Source: Microcoleus sp. (GTDB lineage: Bacteria > Cyanobacteriota > Cyanobacteriia > Cyanobacteriales > Microcoleaceae). From it: a stretch of 64,000 nt of DNA. The notes under the pieces are model-generated. The model saw nothing but the letters and a program-made list of their open reading frames with translations. It did no database searches and was not told the origin of the DNA. Position 1 is the stretch's first letter, and each line of letters opens with the position of its first letter. The stretch is from the NCBI GenBank assembly GCA_042408215.1, contig JAYFMW010000030.1:637507-701506 (forward strand). The letters run 5' to 3'. The position numbers and the translations under genes are program-made. Positions 53,044-63,829 of the stretch are shown here, in pieces.

Positions 53044-53766
53044 ACTATCTGCTGTGGCTTCACCCCTCGCAACCGAACCAAAAACGCGCACATTTAACGC
53101 ACCATGCTGAGTGGCAATTCTCAGAATATCGTCTCGCTTGGACTTCAGCAATTCCTCAATTCCCATAACCCCACCCCCTAAACATTCCCCGAATTATCGG
53201 CTCTAACTTCGCACATTTTGAATGATTGATAGCTCAGTCTGTTTTTTGCCTGAATCTTTTGTTTAACTGGAATTGACATAACTTGCCGCGCCCAAAATGA
53301 GTTTACATGGCCGCACAGATTCCCATGATAATATAATATGTCAATTCCCAAGAAAAGTCAAGGGTTGATCGGCCTTAAATTCTAATATTTCAAAAAGCCC
53401 ATGAAGCGTAGCTATCCCCTAGGGAATCGCCCTTGATATCCTAATCTTTGAAAAAGACCTATTGACCCCACAAAATCCATCGAGTTGCGAGTCCCGAATT
53501 ACTTCTGCGGGTTTTGGGCCCGTTAGCGAAGCTTGCAGAACAGGATCGCCCGCCCTGAATCAACGCTACTATTAAAAATATGGGCGATCGATACTACAAT
53601 GCCATTAAACGCCCCACAGCAAGAGCCAGAATGCCAAACAACTTGAAATTCATGTTCGATCCGTGGCAAGATTAAGGGATTGTTAAGTTATGCGACGCGA
53701 TCGCCAACAAGATTTCCCGGTGAAACTTTCCCGCTAACCCACCGTCCATTAGGAGCCCACCCATCT

Positions 53767-55233
53767 ATGATCCCCAACAATTCTGTCGAGGCTGACGAGC
53801 ATTCTAGCAAACCCGACAAGCCCGAGGAAGCTTGCGGCGTTTTCGGTATCTACGCTCCCGGCGAAGATGTCGCCAAATTGACCTATTTTGGTCTGTATGC
53901 ATTACAGCACCGGGGTCAGGAATCCGCAGGGATTGCCACCTTTGATGGTGACCAAGTATACCTGCACAAAGACATGGGACTGGTTTCCCAAGTCTTCAAT
54001 GAATCCAGTTTAGGTCACTTACCCGGTAACTTAGCCGTAGGTCACACTCGCTACTCTACTACCGGCTCGTCGCGGGTGATCAACGCTCAACCTGTGGTCG
54101 TCGAAACTCGTTTGGGAAGTCTGGCATTAGCACATAACGGGAATCTTGTCAATACCCAAGAATTGCGGGAAAAATTGTTGTCTCGGAACTGCGAGTTTGT
54201 GAGTACGACGGATTCAGAGGCGATCGCCGTGGCGATCGGCTACGAGGTAGACAAAGGCAAAGACTGGCTCGAAGCAGCCATCAGTGCCTTTGCGATCTGC
54301 CAAGGAGCCTTTAGTTTGACGATCGCCACCCCCAAAGGCGTCATGGGAGTCCGCGACCCCCACGGAGTCCGCCCCCTGGTAATTGGCACTCTCGGCACAA
54401 ATCCGGTACGGTATGTTTTGGCATCGGAAACTTGCGGCTTGGATATTATCGGTGCTGAATTTTTGCGGGATGTGGAACCGGGAGAATTAGTTTGGATTAC
54501 AGAGGCTGGGATGGCTTCCTTCCACTGGAGTCAGCAACAAAAGCGCAAACTTTGCATCTTTGAAATGATCTATTTTGCTCGACCAGATAGCATGATGGAA
54601 GGTGAAAGTTTGTACAGCTACCGACTACGAATCGGGCGTTTATTAGCCGCAGAATCTCCCGCTGATGCTGATATAGTCATTGGCGTTCCCGATTCTGGAA
54701 TCCCGGCGGCGATCGGCTTTTCTCAAGCTTCCGGCATTCCTTACGCCGAAGGATTGATTAAAAATCGCTACGTCGGACGCACTTTTATTCAGCCGACTCA
54801 GACAATGCGGGAGTCAGGAATCCGCATGAAACTCAACCCTCTGCGAGATGTGTTGAAAGGGAAACGGGTAATTATTATTGATGATTCGATCGTCCGTGGC
54901 ACTACCAGCCGCAAAATTGTCAAAGCCTTGCGGGATGCCGGTGCCACCGCAGTACACATGAGAATTTCCTCGCCGCCGGTGACTCATCCGTGTTTCTACG
55001 GAATCGACACCGATAATCAAGATCAATTGATTGCTGCTACCAAGTCTGTCGCAGAAATCGCCGCCCAAATTGAGGTTGATTCCTTGGCTTTCCTGAGTTG
55101 GGAAGGAATGCTGATGGCGACTAATGAAGATCCGAAAAGTTTCTGTTCTGCGTGTTTTACCGGAAATTATCCGATCGAAGTGCCAGAACTCGTGAAACGA
55201 GCCAAGCTAATATTAGAAAAAGCTGCAACTTAG
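53767..55233 (+). CDS. purF: Amidophosphoribosyltransferase
   Basis: EEACGVFG, LQHRGQESAG, GHTRYST and IIDDSIVRGTT motifs. Confidence 0.97.
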   Translation: MIPNNSVEADEHSSKPDKPEEACGVFGIYAPGEDVAKLTYFGLYALQHRGQESAGIATFDGDQVYLHKDMGLVSQVFNESSLGHLPGNLAVGHTRYSTTGSSRVINAQPVVVETRLGSLALAHNGNLVNTQELREKLLSRNCEFVSTTDSEAIAVAIGYEVDKGKDWLEAAISAFAICQGAFSLTIATPKGVMGVRDPHGVRPLVIGTLGTNPVRYVLASETCGLDIIGAEFLRDVEPGELVWITEAGMASFHWSQQQKRKLCIFEMIYFARPDSMMEGESLYSYRLRIGRLLAAESPADADIVIGVPDSGIPAAIGFSQASGIPYAEGLIKNRYVGRTFIQPTQTMRESGIRMKLNPLRDVLKGKRVIIIDDSIVRGTTSRKIVKALRDAGATAVHMRISSPPVTHPCFYGIDTDNQDQLIAATKSVAEIAAQIEVDSLAFLSWEGMLMATNEDPKSFCSACFTGNYPIEVPELVKRAKLILEKAAT

Positions 55234-55689
55234 AAGAAGTCATTAGTCATTAGTCAGTAGTCATTAGTCATTAGTCATTTGTTAATTGCTACCAATGCTC
55301 TTCGGCCCGATGCTCTTCGGCCCGATGCCCGATGCCCGATGCCATAACTCGTTGCCAGACTGTGTGTAGAAATGTTAAATTAAATTAGCTTTGCCATTGG
55401 CAGACTGGAAGCTTTGCTTCCAAAACCTCACTCTCAGATCGAAGTCGCATTTCGCACTTCCAACGGACACAGGAGATTTTTTCAGATAACAGGGTCGATC
55501 GCACAAATTTTCCCCATACCAGCATTCCCCAAGCCACTGGGCCGGAGGATAACCCACGGGCGGGCTATTGATGCGAACTAAATAACTTTAGAAACCCTTA
55601 CTGAGTATAAATTCTGGCTCCCCAGAGCCCCTAGCGACTGATAAGTAACGAAATGCGGTTTCTCAAGTCAGCTTCAAATCGGAAACTTC

Positions 55690-56775
55690 GTGCAATCAAA
55701 TACAGTTCTCAATCAGCCGAGCGATAAAAGCTCATCATCTCGTACAACAGAGTTACCTTTTACTCTTGCTGATATCAAATCAGCCATTCCAGCCCATTGT
55801 TTTGAACCCTCAGTCTGGAAATCCCTTGCTTACTTCTTTTTGGATCTCGGAATCATCGCAGGTTTGTATGCGATCGCCTACACTCTTGATTCCTGGTTCT
55901 TTTATCCCATATTCTGGTTAATGCAGGGAACCATGTTTTGGGCATTGTTTGTAGTCGGTCACGACTGCGGACATGGTTCTTTCTCCAAGAGCAAATGGCT
56001 CAACAACCTGATCGGACACCTTTCCCACGCCCCAATTCTCGTCCCCTTCCACGGTTGGCGGATCAGTCACAGAACCCACCACGCCAATACAGGTAGCTTA
56101 GATACTGACGAAAGCTGGTATCCGGTGTCGGAGAGCAAGTACAATCAAATGCCCTGGTATGAAAAGCTGGGACGCTTCTATTTGATGTTATTTGCCTATC
56201 CAATTTATCTGTTTCGTCGATCGCCCGATCGGGTAGGTTCTCACTTTATGCCCGGTAGCCCGATTTTCCGTCCTTCGGAAAAATGGGATGTATTAACTAG
56301 CACAGCATCCTTAGTAGTGATGGTAGGATTTTTAGGTGCCCTAACCTATCAGTTTGGCTGGCTGTTTTTACTCAAGTTCTACTTAGTTCCCTATGTAATT
56401 TTCGTGATGTGGCTGGATTTGGTAACATTCCTGCACCACACTGAGGCGGATATTCCTTGGTATCGCGGAGATGACTGGTATTTCTTGAAAGGTGCGTTAT
56501 CGACGATCGATCGCGACTACGGCTTCATCAATCCCATCCATCACGACATCGGCACCCACGTAGCCCACCACATTTACTCGACCATCCCCCACTATCACTT
56601 GAAAGAAGCAACAGAAGCCATTAAACCAGTGTTGGGCGATTATTATCGCAAGTCAACCGATCCAATTTGGAAGAGCTTTATTCGCTCTTACTGGGATTGT
56701 CACTTTGTCTCCGATACAGGTTCGGGAGTTTACTACGAATCGCCTCACACTCGGCGATCGACTGAAGTTAAGTAG
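55690..56775 (+). CDS. desB: Omega-3 (delta-15) fatty acid desaturase
   Basis: His boxes HDCGH, HRTHH and HVAHH; GTG start. Confidence 0.9.
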   Translation: MQSNTVLNQPSDKSSSSRTTELPFTLADIKSAIPAHCFEPSVWKSLAYFFLDLGIIAGLYAIAYTLDSWFFYPIFWLMQGTMFWALFVVGHDCGHGSFSKSKWLNNLIGHLSHAPILVPFHGWRISHRTHHANTGSLDTDESWYPVSESKYNQMPWYEKLGRFYLMLFAYPIYLFRRSPDRVGSHFMPGSPIFRPSEKWDVLTSTASLVVMVGFLGALTYQFGWLFLLKFYLVPYVIFVMWLDLVTFLHHTEADIPWYRGDDWYFLKGALSTIDRDYGFINPIHHDIGTHVAHHIYSTIPHYHLKEATEAIKPVLGDYYRKSTDPIWKSFIRSYWDCHFVSDTGSGVYYESPHTRRSTEVK

Positions 56776-56798
56776 CTTCAATAAAACACAGAATACCA

Positions 56799-56831
56799 AA
56801 AATCCGGTTTCTTTAAAGAAACCGGATTTTT
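56799..56831 (+). terminator. Hairpin/terminator after desB
   Basis: AAAATCCGGTTTCTT-TA-AAGAAACCGGATTTT. Confidence 0.65.
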
Positions 56832-57054
56832 CATTTTTGGGCTTGTTTTGAATTCAATTTGTAGGGTCCGCAATGTGCACCAAATGCTTAGATATAGCAA
56901 CCGCCAAGGCAGTTAGAGCATGGACGGTCATTGAACCCGCTCAGCTTCGCGTTGCACGCTCGCCGAAGTGTCCAAGGGTTCAATGACCCTATAGCCAAGG
57001 CGCTTGCTATAATTGCCCGCTGACATTGGATTTTTATGGTGTGCAATCCGTACC

Positions 57055-57645
57055 TTACATATTACCTTTAAGCCCGATCGCAGTTGTAATCGTCCACGCA
57101 TCCACCAACAGCAACAGCAGCGTACATCCCAGCAAAATAAAATACATCCAAGGCTGAGACAAAGGGCGGACATCTCTAGTATCAATACCTGTTTTTGCTT
57201 CTACCAAACCAACTAATTTAGCAAATCCAGCCACCCGCATTGGTAGTAAATAACCAGCTCCCGAATGACTCAAAAAATAATAAACCAGCCCTCCTTGACC
57301 TGTCGAGCGAGGTTTGAGAGCTTTTATTTCTGTCCAAGGTAGCGACCAACCTGAGCGAAATATTCGGGGAAACCAATTAGGATATGTTACTTGAATTCCC
57401 TCTTCGTTCACAATTACCCTTTCGCTGAGGACTCCGTACAAACCCGCAGCGCCGACCACAATTCCCGCCCATATAACATTAGGAGGAACCGGTGCTGAAG
57501 TTACTTCCGACAAAAAAGGTAAGGGAATTGTCAAAGCTGCGTACAAACTCAAAAGTGTGATTCTAATTAGGGGAGAAAGCCGGAATACCGCCGGCTCAAA
57601 TATGGGAGTTGAGGAGAATGGTGATTCCATAGGTTGTAGAGACAT
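57055..57645 (-). CDS. Conserved cyanobacterial membrane hypothetical protein
   Basis: FRLSPLIRITLLSLY, TGQGGLVYYF and LLPMRVAGF. Confidence 0.75.
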   Translation of the reverse strand: MSLQPMESPFSSTPIFEPAVFRLSPLIRITLLSLYAALTIPLPFLSEVTSAPVPPNVIWAGIVVGAAGLYGVLSERVIVNEEGIQVTYPNWFPRIFRSGWSLPWTEIKALKPRSTGQGGLVYYFLSHSGAGYLLPMRVAGFAKLVGLVEAKTGIDTRDVRPLSQPWMYFILLGCTLLLLLVDAWTITTAIGLKGNM

Positions 57646-57878
57646 GGCTGATGTAAGGGCGGGTTTTATATAAATAGTCCTGGACGCATTTCAACGTAAT
57701 TCTGAGATTCTTCGGTTCCCTCAGAATGACAAAATTAAGTTGTTGGTGTATCCACGACTGAAATTGCTAAACTAAATTTGCAATAAATCAGCCCCTACAA
57801 ATTCGGGTAAGGGCTGGTTTTGTACAAGACTTATTGTTAAAAGCAAAATTTATTGGCTTTCATCGGCCACTATCCGCC

Positions 57879-58268
57879 TTAATCAACGGCTGTTAGCGCA
57901 GGTAATGTCAGAGGTTCTGAGATTTCTCTGGATTTGGGGCGGCCTGTAGTTGATGTTCGATCGCCCTTAACTTCCGCTCTGGAGCTGGTAGGATTAATGG
58001 CAGAATAGGGGCCTTCATTAATCTGCAAGCGATCGCAAGGAATATTATCTGACAAAATCGCACTGGCCATCATCCCAGTGTGAATTTCCAAAACCGAGGC
58101 TGTCATAGCTTCAAAGACTAAGCGCTGACCGGGAAACACCACTCGCTCAAAGTACCAGTTAGGAATGTTGGCGATGCGAGCAACCTGAATCTGACTGGTA
58201 GCGTTGACGTAGCAGCAGAGAATCTTGCTGTGGGCGTCCAAGGGGATGGGATCGAGAATCTGAGCCAT
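57879..58268 (-). CDS. DUF1830-domain protein
   Basis: CCYVNATSQIQVARI and YFERVVFPGQRLVFEA. Confidence 0.8.
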   Translation of the reverse strand: MAQILDPIPLDAHSKILCCYVNATSQIQVARIANIPNWYFERVVFPGQRLVFEAMTASVLEIHTGMMASAILSDNIPCDRLQINEGPYSAINPTSSRAEVKGDRTSTTGRPKSREISEPLTLPALTAVD

Positions 58269-58310
58269 AATTGCTAGGGAGCCTTGCCTAAAAGTTTTAG
58301 TTATCTTTTT

Positions 58311-58353
58311 AAGCTAACACCTTGCGATCCCGGCTTGCTGTAAAGCCGACTAC
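58311..58353 (-). promoter_or_regulatory. Candidate NtcA-activated promoter of the DUF1830 gene
   Basis: GTA-N8-TAC at 58340-58353, then 23 nt, then TAGCTT (TAN3T) on the minus strand. Confidence 0.55.
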
Positions 58354-58553
58354 CAACTCCATGACATAAATAAAATAATCATACCTGTTTACGGGATAAA
58401 TCTCTAATTTTTGACTTTGGGCCCCCACTTTTGGCGAATATACGCTGCATTTACTGAAAAAATAGCCCTTTTATGCTACTTTCGCGTCCAGAAGCCAACA
58501 CGCTCAGCTTTTGGCCGATGAGAAAAATTTCAAAATATTTAACGTTAAGATGA

Positions 58554-58722
58554 TTGACATACTCCTCTGGCTAAAGCCTAGAGGATTCTAGGGTCAAACA
58601 GCGATCGCAGGCGCAGCCCGTCTTACATCACCTAACCTAACGGTCGATGCCCCGACAACGTATGATTTATACCATAGCTTCTTATGCCCTAAAGGGCAAG
58701 GCTTTAAACCCATTATTTTTTG
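58554..58722 (-). mobile_element. 169-bp non-autonomous IS200/IS605 derivative carrying an omega-RNA-like sequence
   Basis: On the minus strand: TTAC target, CAAAAAATAATGGGTTT-AAAG-CCTTGCCCTTTAGGGCA left end, GAAT-CCTCT...AGAGGAGTATGTCAA right end. Confidence 0.8.
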
Positions 58723-58801
58723 GTAAATTAGAGAGATTGTAAAGTTATATTAAAAGAATATTAACAATACTGAAAAACTTGCAGTTTAGGATCTGGTAAT
58801 C

Positions 58802-60373
58802 ATGGAAAACCGAGTTCTGTACGTTCGCCTCCCTTGTAATCCCATTTTCCCGATCGGAGTTGTGTACCTTTCGGATCACATCCACAAGCTGTTTCCCGAT
58901 GTCCAACAGCGGATTTTCGATTTAGGTGCGGTGCCACCGCTGGATTACGCTAAGGCTCTAGATGCATCCGTGGACGAATTTCAGCCCACGCTCCTAGTTT
59001 TCTCCTGGCGAGACATTCAAATTTACGCACCTGTGGGCGGTAGAGGCGGCAATCCCCTACAAAATGCCTTCGAGTTTTACTACGCCAACAATCCCCTAAT
59101 TAAAATGCGGGGAGCATTTGGAGGATTGCGTTTAGCAGTGTCTTACTATACGGAGCTCTGGCGCAATTTGGGGCTGGTGAAGCGCGGATTGCATCGGGCC
59201 CGGAAATACCGTCCCGAAGCTCGTGCAGTGGTCGGTGGGGGTGCTGTGAGCGTGTTTTATGAGCAGTTGGGACGCAGTTTACCGAAGGGAACCGTAGTTT
59301 CGGTGGGGGAAGGCGAGGCTTTGCTGGAGAAGTTGATTAAAGGCGAAGATTTGGCTCAGGAAAGGTGTTATGTCGTGGGAGAAACTGTGCCGCGCGATCG
59401 ACTAATTCACGAAAAGCCAGCCAACATCGAGAAAACTGCTTGTAATTATCAGTACATCGAGACCATTTGGCCGGAATTCTCCTATTATCTACAGGATCTC
59501 GATTTTTACATCGGCGTGCAAACCAAGCGCGGCTGTCCTCACAACTGCTGTTACTGCATTTACACGGTGATTGAAGGTAAGCAAGTGCGGATCAATCCAG
59601 CCGATGAGGTGGTGGCGGAGATTAGACAATTGTACGATCGAGGTATCCGCAATTTCTGGTTTACCGATGCTCAATTTATCCCTGCTCGCAAATTCATCGA
59701 TGACGCCGTTGAATTATTGCAAAAAATCCTCGCCGCCGGCATGGACGACATACACTGGGCTGCTTACATCCGTGCGGACAATCTCACACCAGAATTGTGC
59801 GATTTGATGGTAAAAACGGGAATGAATTACTTTGAAATCGGCATCACCAGCGGTTCCCAAGAATTAGTTCGCAAAATGCGAATGGGTTACAACTTGCGAG
59901 TAGTTTTGGAAAATTGCCGCGATTTAAAAGCCGCCGGTTTCAAGGATGTTGTTTCCGTAAACTACTCTTTTAATGTGATGGATGAAACCTTTGAAACCAT
60001 CCGCCAAACTATTGCTTATCACCGGGAATTAGAGCGAATTTTCGGAGCCGATAAAGTAGAACCCGCGATTTTCTTTATCGGGTTGCAGCCGCACACCATT
60101 TTGGAAGAATACGCCTTTAAACAGGAGATTCTGCAACCTGGTTATGACCCCATGAGTTTGATGCCTTGGACAGCGCGGAAATTGCTGTGGAATCCTGAGC
60201 CTTTGGGTTCGTTTTTCGGTCAAATTTGTTTGGAAGCTTGGCAGCGAAATTCCAATGATTTCGGCCGCGAAGTGATGGCAATTTTGGAGGAAAAATTGGG
60301 TTGTGCTGATTTGGAAGATGCTTTGAGTGCGCCGATTGAAATTAAGGAGAAACAGTTAACATCGGTTGGTTAA
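58802..60373 (+). CDS. Photosystem II high-light acclimation radical SAM protein (Slr0320-like, B12-binding)
   Basis: LYVRLPCNPIFPIG N-terminus; KRGCPHNCCYC (CxxxCxxC) motif. Confidence 0.88.
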   Translation: MENRVLYVRLPCNPIFPIGVVYLSDHIHKLFPDVQQRIFDLGAVPPLDYAKALDASVDEFQPTLLVFSWRDIQIYAPVGGRGGNPLQNAFEFYYANNPLIKMRGAFGGLRLAVSYYTELWRNLGLVKRGLHRARKYRPEARAVVGGGAVSVFYEQLGRSLPKGTVVSVGEGEALLEKLIKGEDLAQERCYVVGETVPRDRLIHEKPANIEKTACNYQYIETIWPEFSYYLQDLDFYIGVQTKRGCPHNCCYCIYTVIEGKQVRINPADEVVAEIRQLYDRGIRNFWFTDAQFIPARKFIDDAVELLQKILAAGMDDIHWAAYIRADNLTPELCDLMVKTGMNYFEIGITSGSQELVRKMRMGYNLRVVLENCRDLKAAGFKDVVSVNYSFNVMDETFETIRQTIAYHRELERIFGADKVEPAIFFIGLQPHTILEEYAFKQEILQPGYDPMSLMPWTARKLLWNPEPLGSFFGQICLEAWQRNSNDFGREVMAILEEKLGCADLEDALSAPIEIKEKQLTSVG

Positions 60374-60476
60374 TTACCGGTTCGTAGTCAGGACTTCAGT
60401 CATTTAAAAAATAGCTGGAAAAGACTAAATTCCTGACTACAAACCGTTCACAATCGACCATTAATTCGATCGCATT

Positions 60477-60876
60477 TTACTCACTTTTATTCAAATACCG
60501 TTCAATCAGGACGATCGCCACTATATCATCTACCGGCCGTGGCGGAGTCCGCATTCCCAGCGGAATCAAGCGATTAAGTCCCGTCGCAGGGTACATTTGC
60601 CAGTAACGTTCCTTTGCTTCCAAACTGCTGTATCTCTCGTCAATCTGAATAATTTTGAGTCGAGGGCGACAAACTCTGAGTAAGTCTTTGTTTCCAACTC
60701 TTAGAAGTAGTTTGATCTCCCATCACCAATAAGTCAATAGGAAACTGTTCGCACAGAGATTGAATAGTCGAAATTGCACTCTCGGAGGGTACAACTTGAT
60801 GGTAGGAGATGTTTCTGTCTGTACCCATGACGGCGACACCGCACTTATCTTTACCTGGATCGAAACCTAAAATCAT
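60477..60876 (-). CDS. YqgF/RuvX-family nuclease, apparent frameshift near 60660
   Basis: ILGFDPG and VMGD; DERYSSLEA...PVDDIVA continue in another frame. Confidence 0.8.
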
Positions 60877-61071
60877 AGTTATTAGTTATGGGTTATTAGT
60901 TATGGGTTAGCCAGATCTATTCCGGTTGATTTGTCCTTGTTTTGTTTAGAAAACTTTACAGATTATGACAGCAATTTTACTTGACTTTTTTGTGGGATTG
61001 ACATATCATAGCATCATGGGAATCTGTGGCGTCATATAATGTAGTCCCAGACCAAGTAGCTTCAGCGCCCA

Positions 61072-61620
61072 CTGAAAAACCCGGTTTCTTGAATCCCCGC
61101 GCCCAAACCAGAAACCGGGTTGTTTACCACAATATTTAATTCCCATCTTTAATCTCGCTGAAAAACCCGGTTTCTTGAATCCCCGCGCCCAAACCAGAAA
61201 CCGGGTTTTTTACCACAATATTTAATTCCCATCTTTAATCTCGCTGAAAAACCCGGTTTCTTGAATCCCCGCGCCCAAACCAGAAACCGGGTTTTTTACC
61301 ACAATATTTAATTCCCATCTTTAATCTCGCTGAAAAACCCGGTTTCTTGAATCCCCGCGCCCAAACCAGAAACCGGGTTTTTTACCACAATATTTAATTC
61401 CCATCTTTAATCTCGCTGAAAAACCCGGTTTCTTGAATCCCCGCGCCCAAACCAGAAACCGGGTTTTTTACCACAATATTTAATTCCCACCTTTAATCTC
61501 GCTGAAAAACCCGGTTTCTTGAATCCCCGCGCCCAAACCAGAAACCGGGTTTTTTACCACAATATTTAATTCCCACCTTTAATCTCGCTGAAAAACCCGG
61601 TTTCTTGAATCCCCGCGCGT
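61072..61620. repeat. About six 86-bp tandem hairpin units, same family as 52535-53043
   Basis: Shares the GAGATTAAAGATGGGAATTAAATATT loop (reverse strand). Confidence 0.9.
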
Positions 61621-61777
61621 AAGCCCTATCTGATTCACCCCCATTTTCCCAAAAAAAATTTCGAGCGCGCTGACGCGCGCAAAAGGGTAAAGAGGAAAGA
61701 GGGAAAAGGGAAAAAGGGCAAAAGAGCAGAGAAGAGTCCTCGCGGGGAGACTACAGCACAGAACCAAAAACCAGAGA

Positions 61778-63754
61778 CTACGCGGAAACCAGAGCTACGC
61801 GAAAACCGATGTCCGAGCTACGATCGCCCGCCGAAGCCCAGGTACGACCGGCACTACGGCAATGGACCGCATGGTTAGCCCAGGAGCCGCCACGCAGCAC
61901 TCGGTATTCTGATCCACCAGTTTCCCAAGAACTTCCGTCAGTCGGTGCGCCACTATAATTATCGTGCCATTTATCGCTGCACCATTCCCAAACATTCCCG
62001 TGCATATCGTATAAACCAAACGAATTAGGCGGAAAACTCCCCACATCTGTTGTTTGTTGACGGTAAAGTCCCTTCGGCGCAGCACCGTAGGGATAATTGC
62101 CGTCATAATTAACTAAATCTGGCGTAATCGTGTCACCAAAATAGAAAGGTGTTGTAGTTCCGGCGCGACAAGCATATTCCCATTCGGCTTCCGAAGGTAA
62201 ACGATAACTCTTCCCTGTTTTTTGAGTAAGTTTGCGGCAGAATTCCACAGCCTCATCCCAGGTAGCATTTTCCACAGGACGTTTCGCACCTTTGAAACTA
62301 GAAGGGTTGTTTCCCATCACCGCTTGGTATTGTGCTTGAGTGACTTCATATTTACCCATAAAAAAAGGGGCCACAGTAACAGTACGCTGCGGCCCTTCAT
62401 CGCTACTTCGCCCTGCTTCCGTACTGGGGGAACCCATCACGAAACTGCCACCTGGAATTGCTATCATGTCTATAGTGATGCCATCACCGAGATTATCTGT
62501 AAAAACCCGTGCTTGTCCTTGACTGCGGTTAGCAATCTGCCCCGTTGAGTTGACTGTTACTGTTGCAAAATCAAAAGTTTTTAGGGAATTTGACGATGCT
62601 TTTGGGGCTGGAGTTTCTGGTGATGGTTTTGGAGATGCTTCAGGTGATGGACTTTCTGCTATGGGTTCTGGGGATGATTTTTGAGCCGATGATTCAGGAG
62701 ATGGCGGCTCATTATCTGATGGAGGTGAAGGACTTGGTGAAGATGAAGAAGATTTGTTGTTCAACAAACTTTGACTCAGCACGGCTAATGCAAATCCTCC
62801 CCCAGCAAAACCCGCTAATTGCAATAAACCTCGCCTGGTTGTGTTAGTCGGTAACGGCCAAGTGTGCTGTGGAATCACAGGAATTGTTTTAACTTTGCTC
62901 CCGGAAGGATTCGTCGATAAAGATAAAAGTGCTTGCAAAGCTTCCCCTGCATTCTGATAACGCTGACTGAAATGGTCGCGCACCATTTTATCTAAAACAT
63001 CACCAAATCTAGCGTCAACTCTTGGCACTAAATTTCGCCAAATTACTTCCCCGGTTCTCGGATCTTCCTGCAATTGTTGCGGCCCAATTCCTGTTAATGC
63101 TTGAATCCCAATCATTCCCACAGCATAGACATCGCTGCACAATTTTGGTTTACCTTTAGCTTGTTCGCTGGGCATATAACCGGGAGTGCCTATAGCAATT
63201 GTTGTCGTTACATCTCCATTAACATTCACAATTAATTGATTGATTTGCCTAACTGCACCAAAGTCAATCAAGACTATTTTACCATCTTGACGGCGGCGCA
63301 TTAAGTTAGCTGGTTTAATATCTCGATGAATAACGGCATTTGGTTGGTGTTCGTGAGGAACTGTTAAAACTTCTAAGATGTTTTTTAATAAGGTAATAAC
63401 GTAGGATTCGCTTAACTTTTTGCCGGGAACAATCTCTGTGTTTAAATCATGTCCATCTATGAATTCCTGAACTAGATAAAATTCGCCATTTTCTTCAATG
63501 TGAGCAAACAAAGTCGGAATTTGCGGGCATTGATTACCTAAATTATACAAAACTTGTGCTTCGATATCGAACAACTTTCGGGCTAGCTGTAAAACAACGG
63601 GACGATTGTCTTTCGGTTTCAGGTGTTTGACGACACAGTGGGGTTTTCCGGGTAAGTCTAAATCTTTGGCTAGGTAGGTGTCGCCAAAGCCACCACCCGC
63701 CAAGAATTTGATTATTTGGTAGCGGTTGCGGAGGATTGTACCTGGGGGAATCAT
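61778..63754 (-). CDS. Ser/Thr protein kinase - TM helix - FGE-sulfatase/CLec domain protein
   Basis: GGGFG, HRDIKPAN, DFG, Ser/Pro-rich linker, [20 protein letters not shown] and GFRV motifs. Confidence 0.92.
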   Translation of the reverse strand: MIPPGTILRNRYQIIKFLAGGGFGDTYLAKDLDLPGKPHCVVKHLKPKDNRPVVLQLARKLFDIEAQVLYNLGNQCPQIPTLFAHIEENGEFYLVQEFIDGHDLNTEIVPGKKLSESYVITLLKNILEVLTVPHEHQPNAVIHRDIKPANLMRRRQDGKIVLIDFGAVRQINQLIVNVNGDVTTTIAIGTPGYMPSEQAKGKPKLCSDVYAVGMIGIQALTGIGPQQLQEDPRTGEVIWRNLVPRVDARFGDVLDKMVRDHFSQRYQNAGEALQALLSLSTNPSGSKVKTIPVIPQHTWPLPTNTTRRGLLQLAGFAGGGFALAVLSQSLLNNKSSSSSPSPSPPSDNEPPSPESSAQKSSPEPIAESPSPEASPKPSPETPAPKASSNSLKTFDFATVTVNSTGQIANRSQGQARVFTDNLGDGITIDMIAIPGGSFVMGSPSTEAGRSSDEGPQRTVTVAPFFMGKYEVTQAQYQAVMGNNPSSFKGAKRPVENATWDEAVEFCRKLTQKTGKSYRLPSEAEWEYACRAGTTTPFYFGDTITPDLVNYDGNYPYGAAPKGLYRQQTTDVGSFPPNSFGLYDMHGNVWEWCSDKWHDNYSGAPTDGSSWETGGSEYRVLRGGSWANHAVHCRSAGRTWASAGDRSSDIGFRVALVSA

Positions 63755-63829
63755 CGGTTTTAGGTGGATGGGTGGAGATTAAGATTAATTTTGGCACAAT
63801 GTCTGTTTTTTGTGCTATTTTGTCGAGTA

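Noticed and set aside
50749..63754. Complete DGR cassette within the window
   Set aside because: No reverse transcriptase, Avd or AAC-rich template repeat is visible; only target-like genes.
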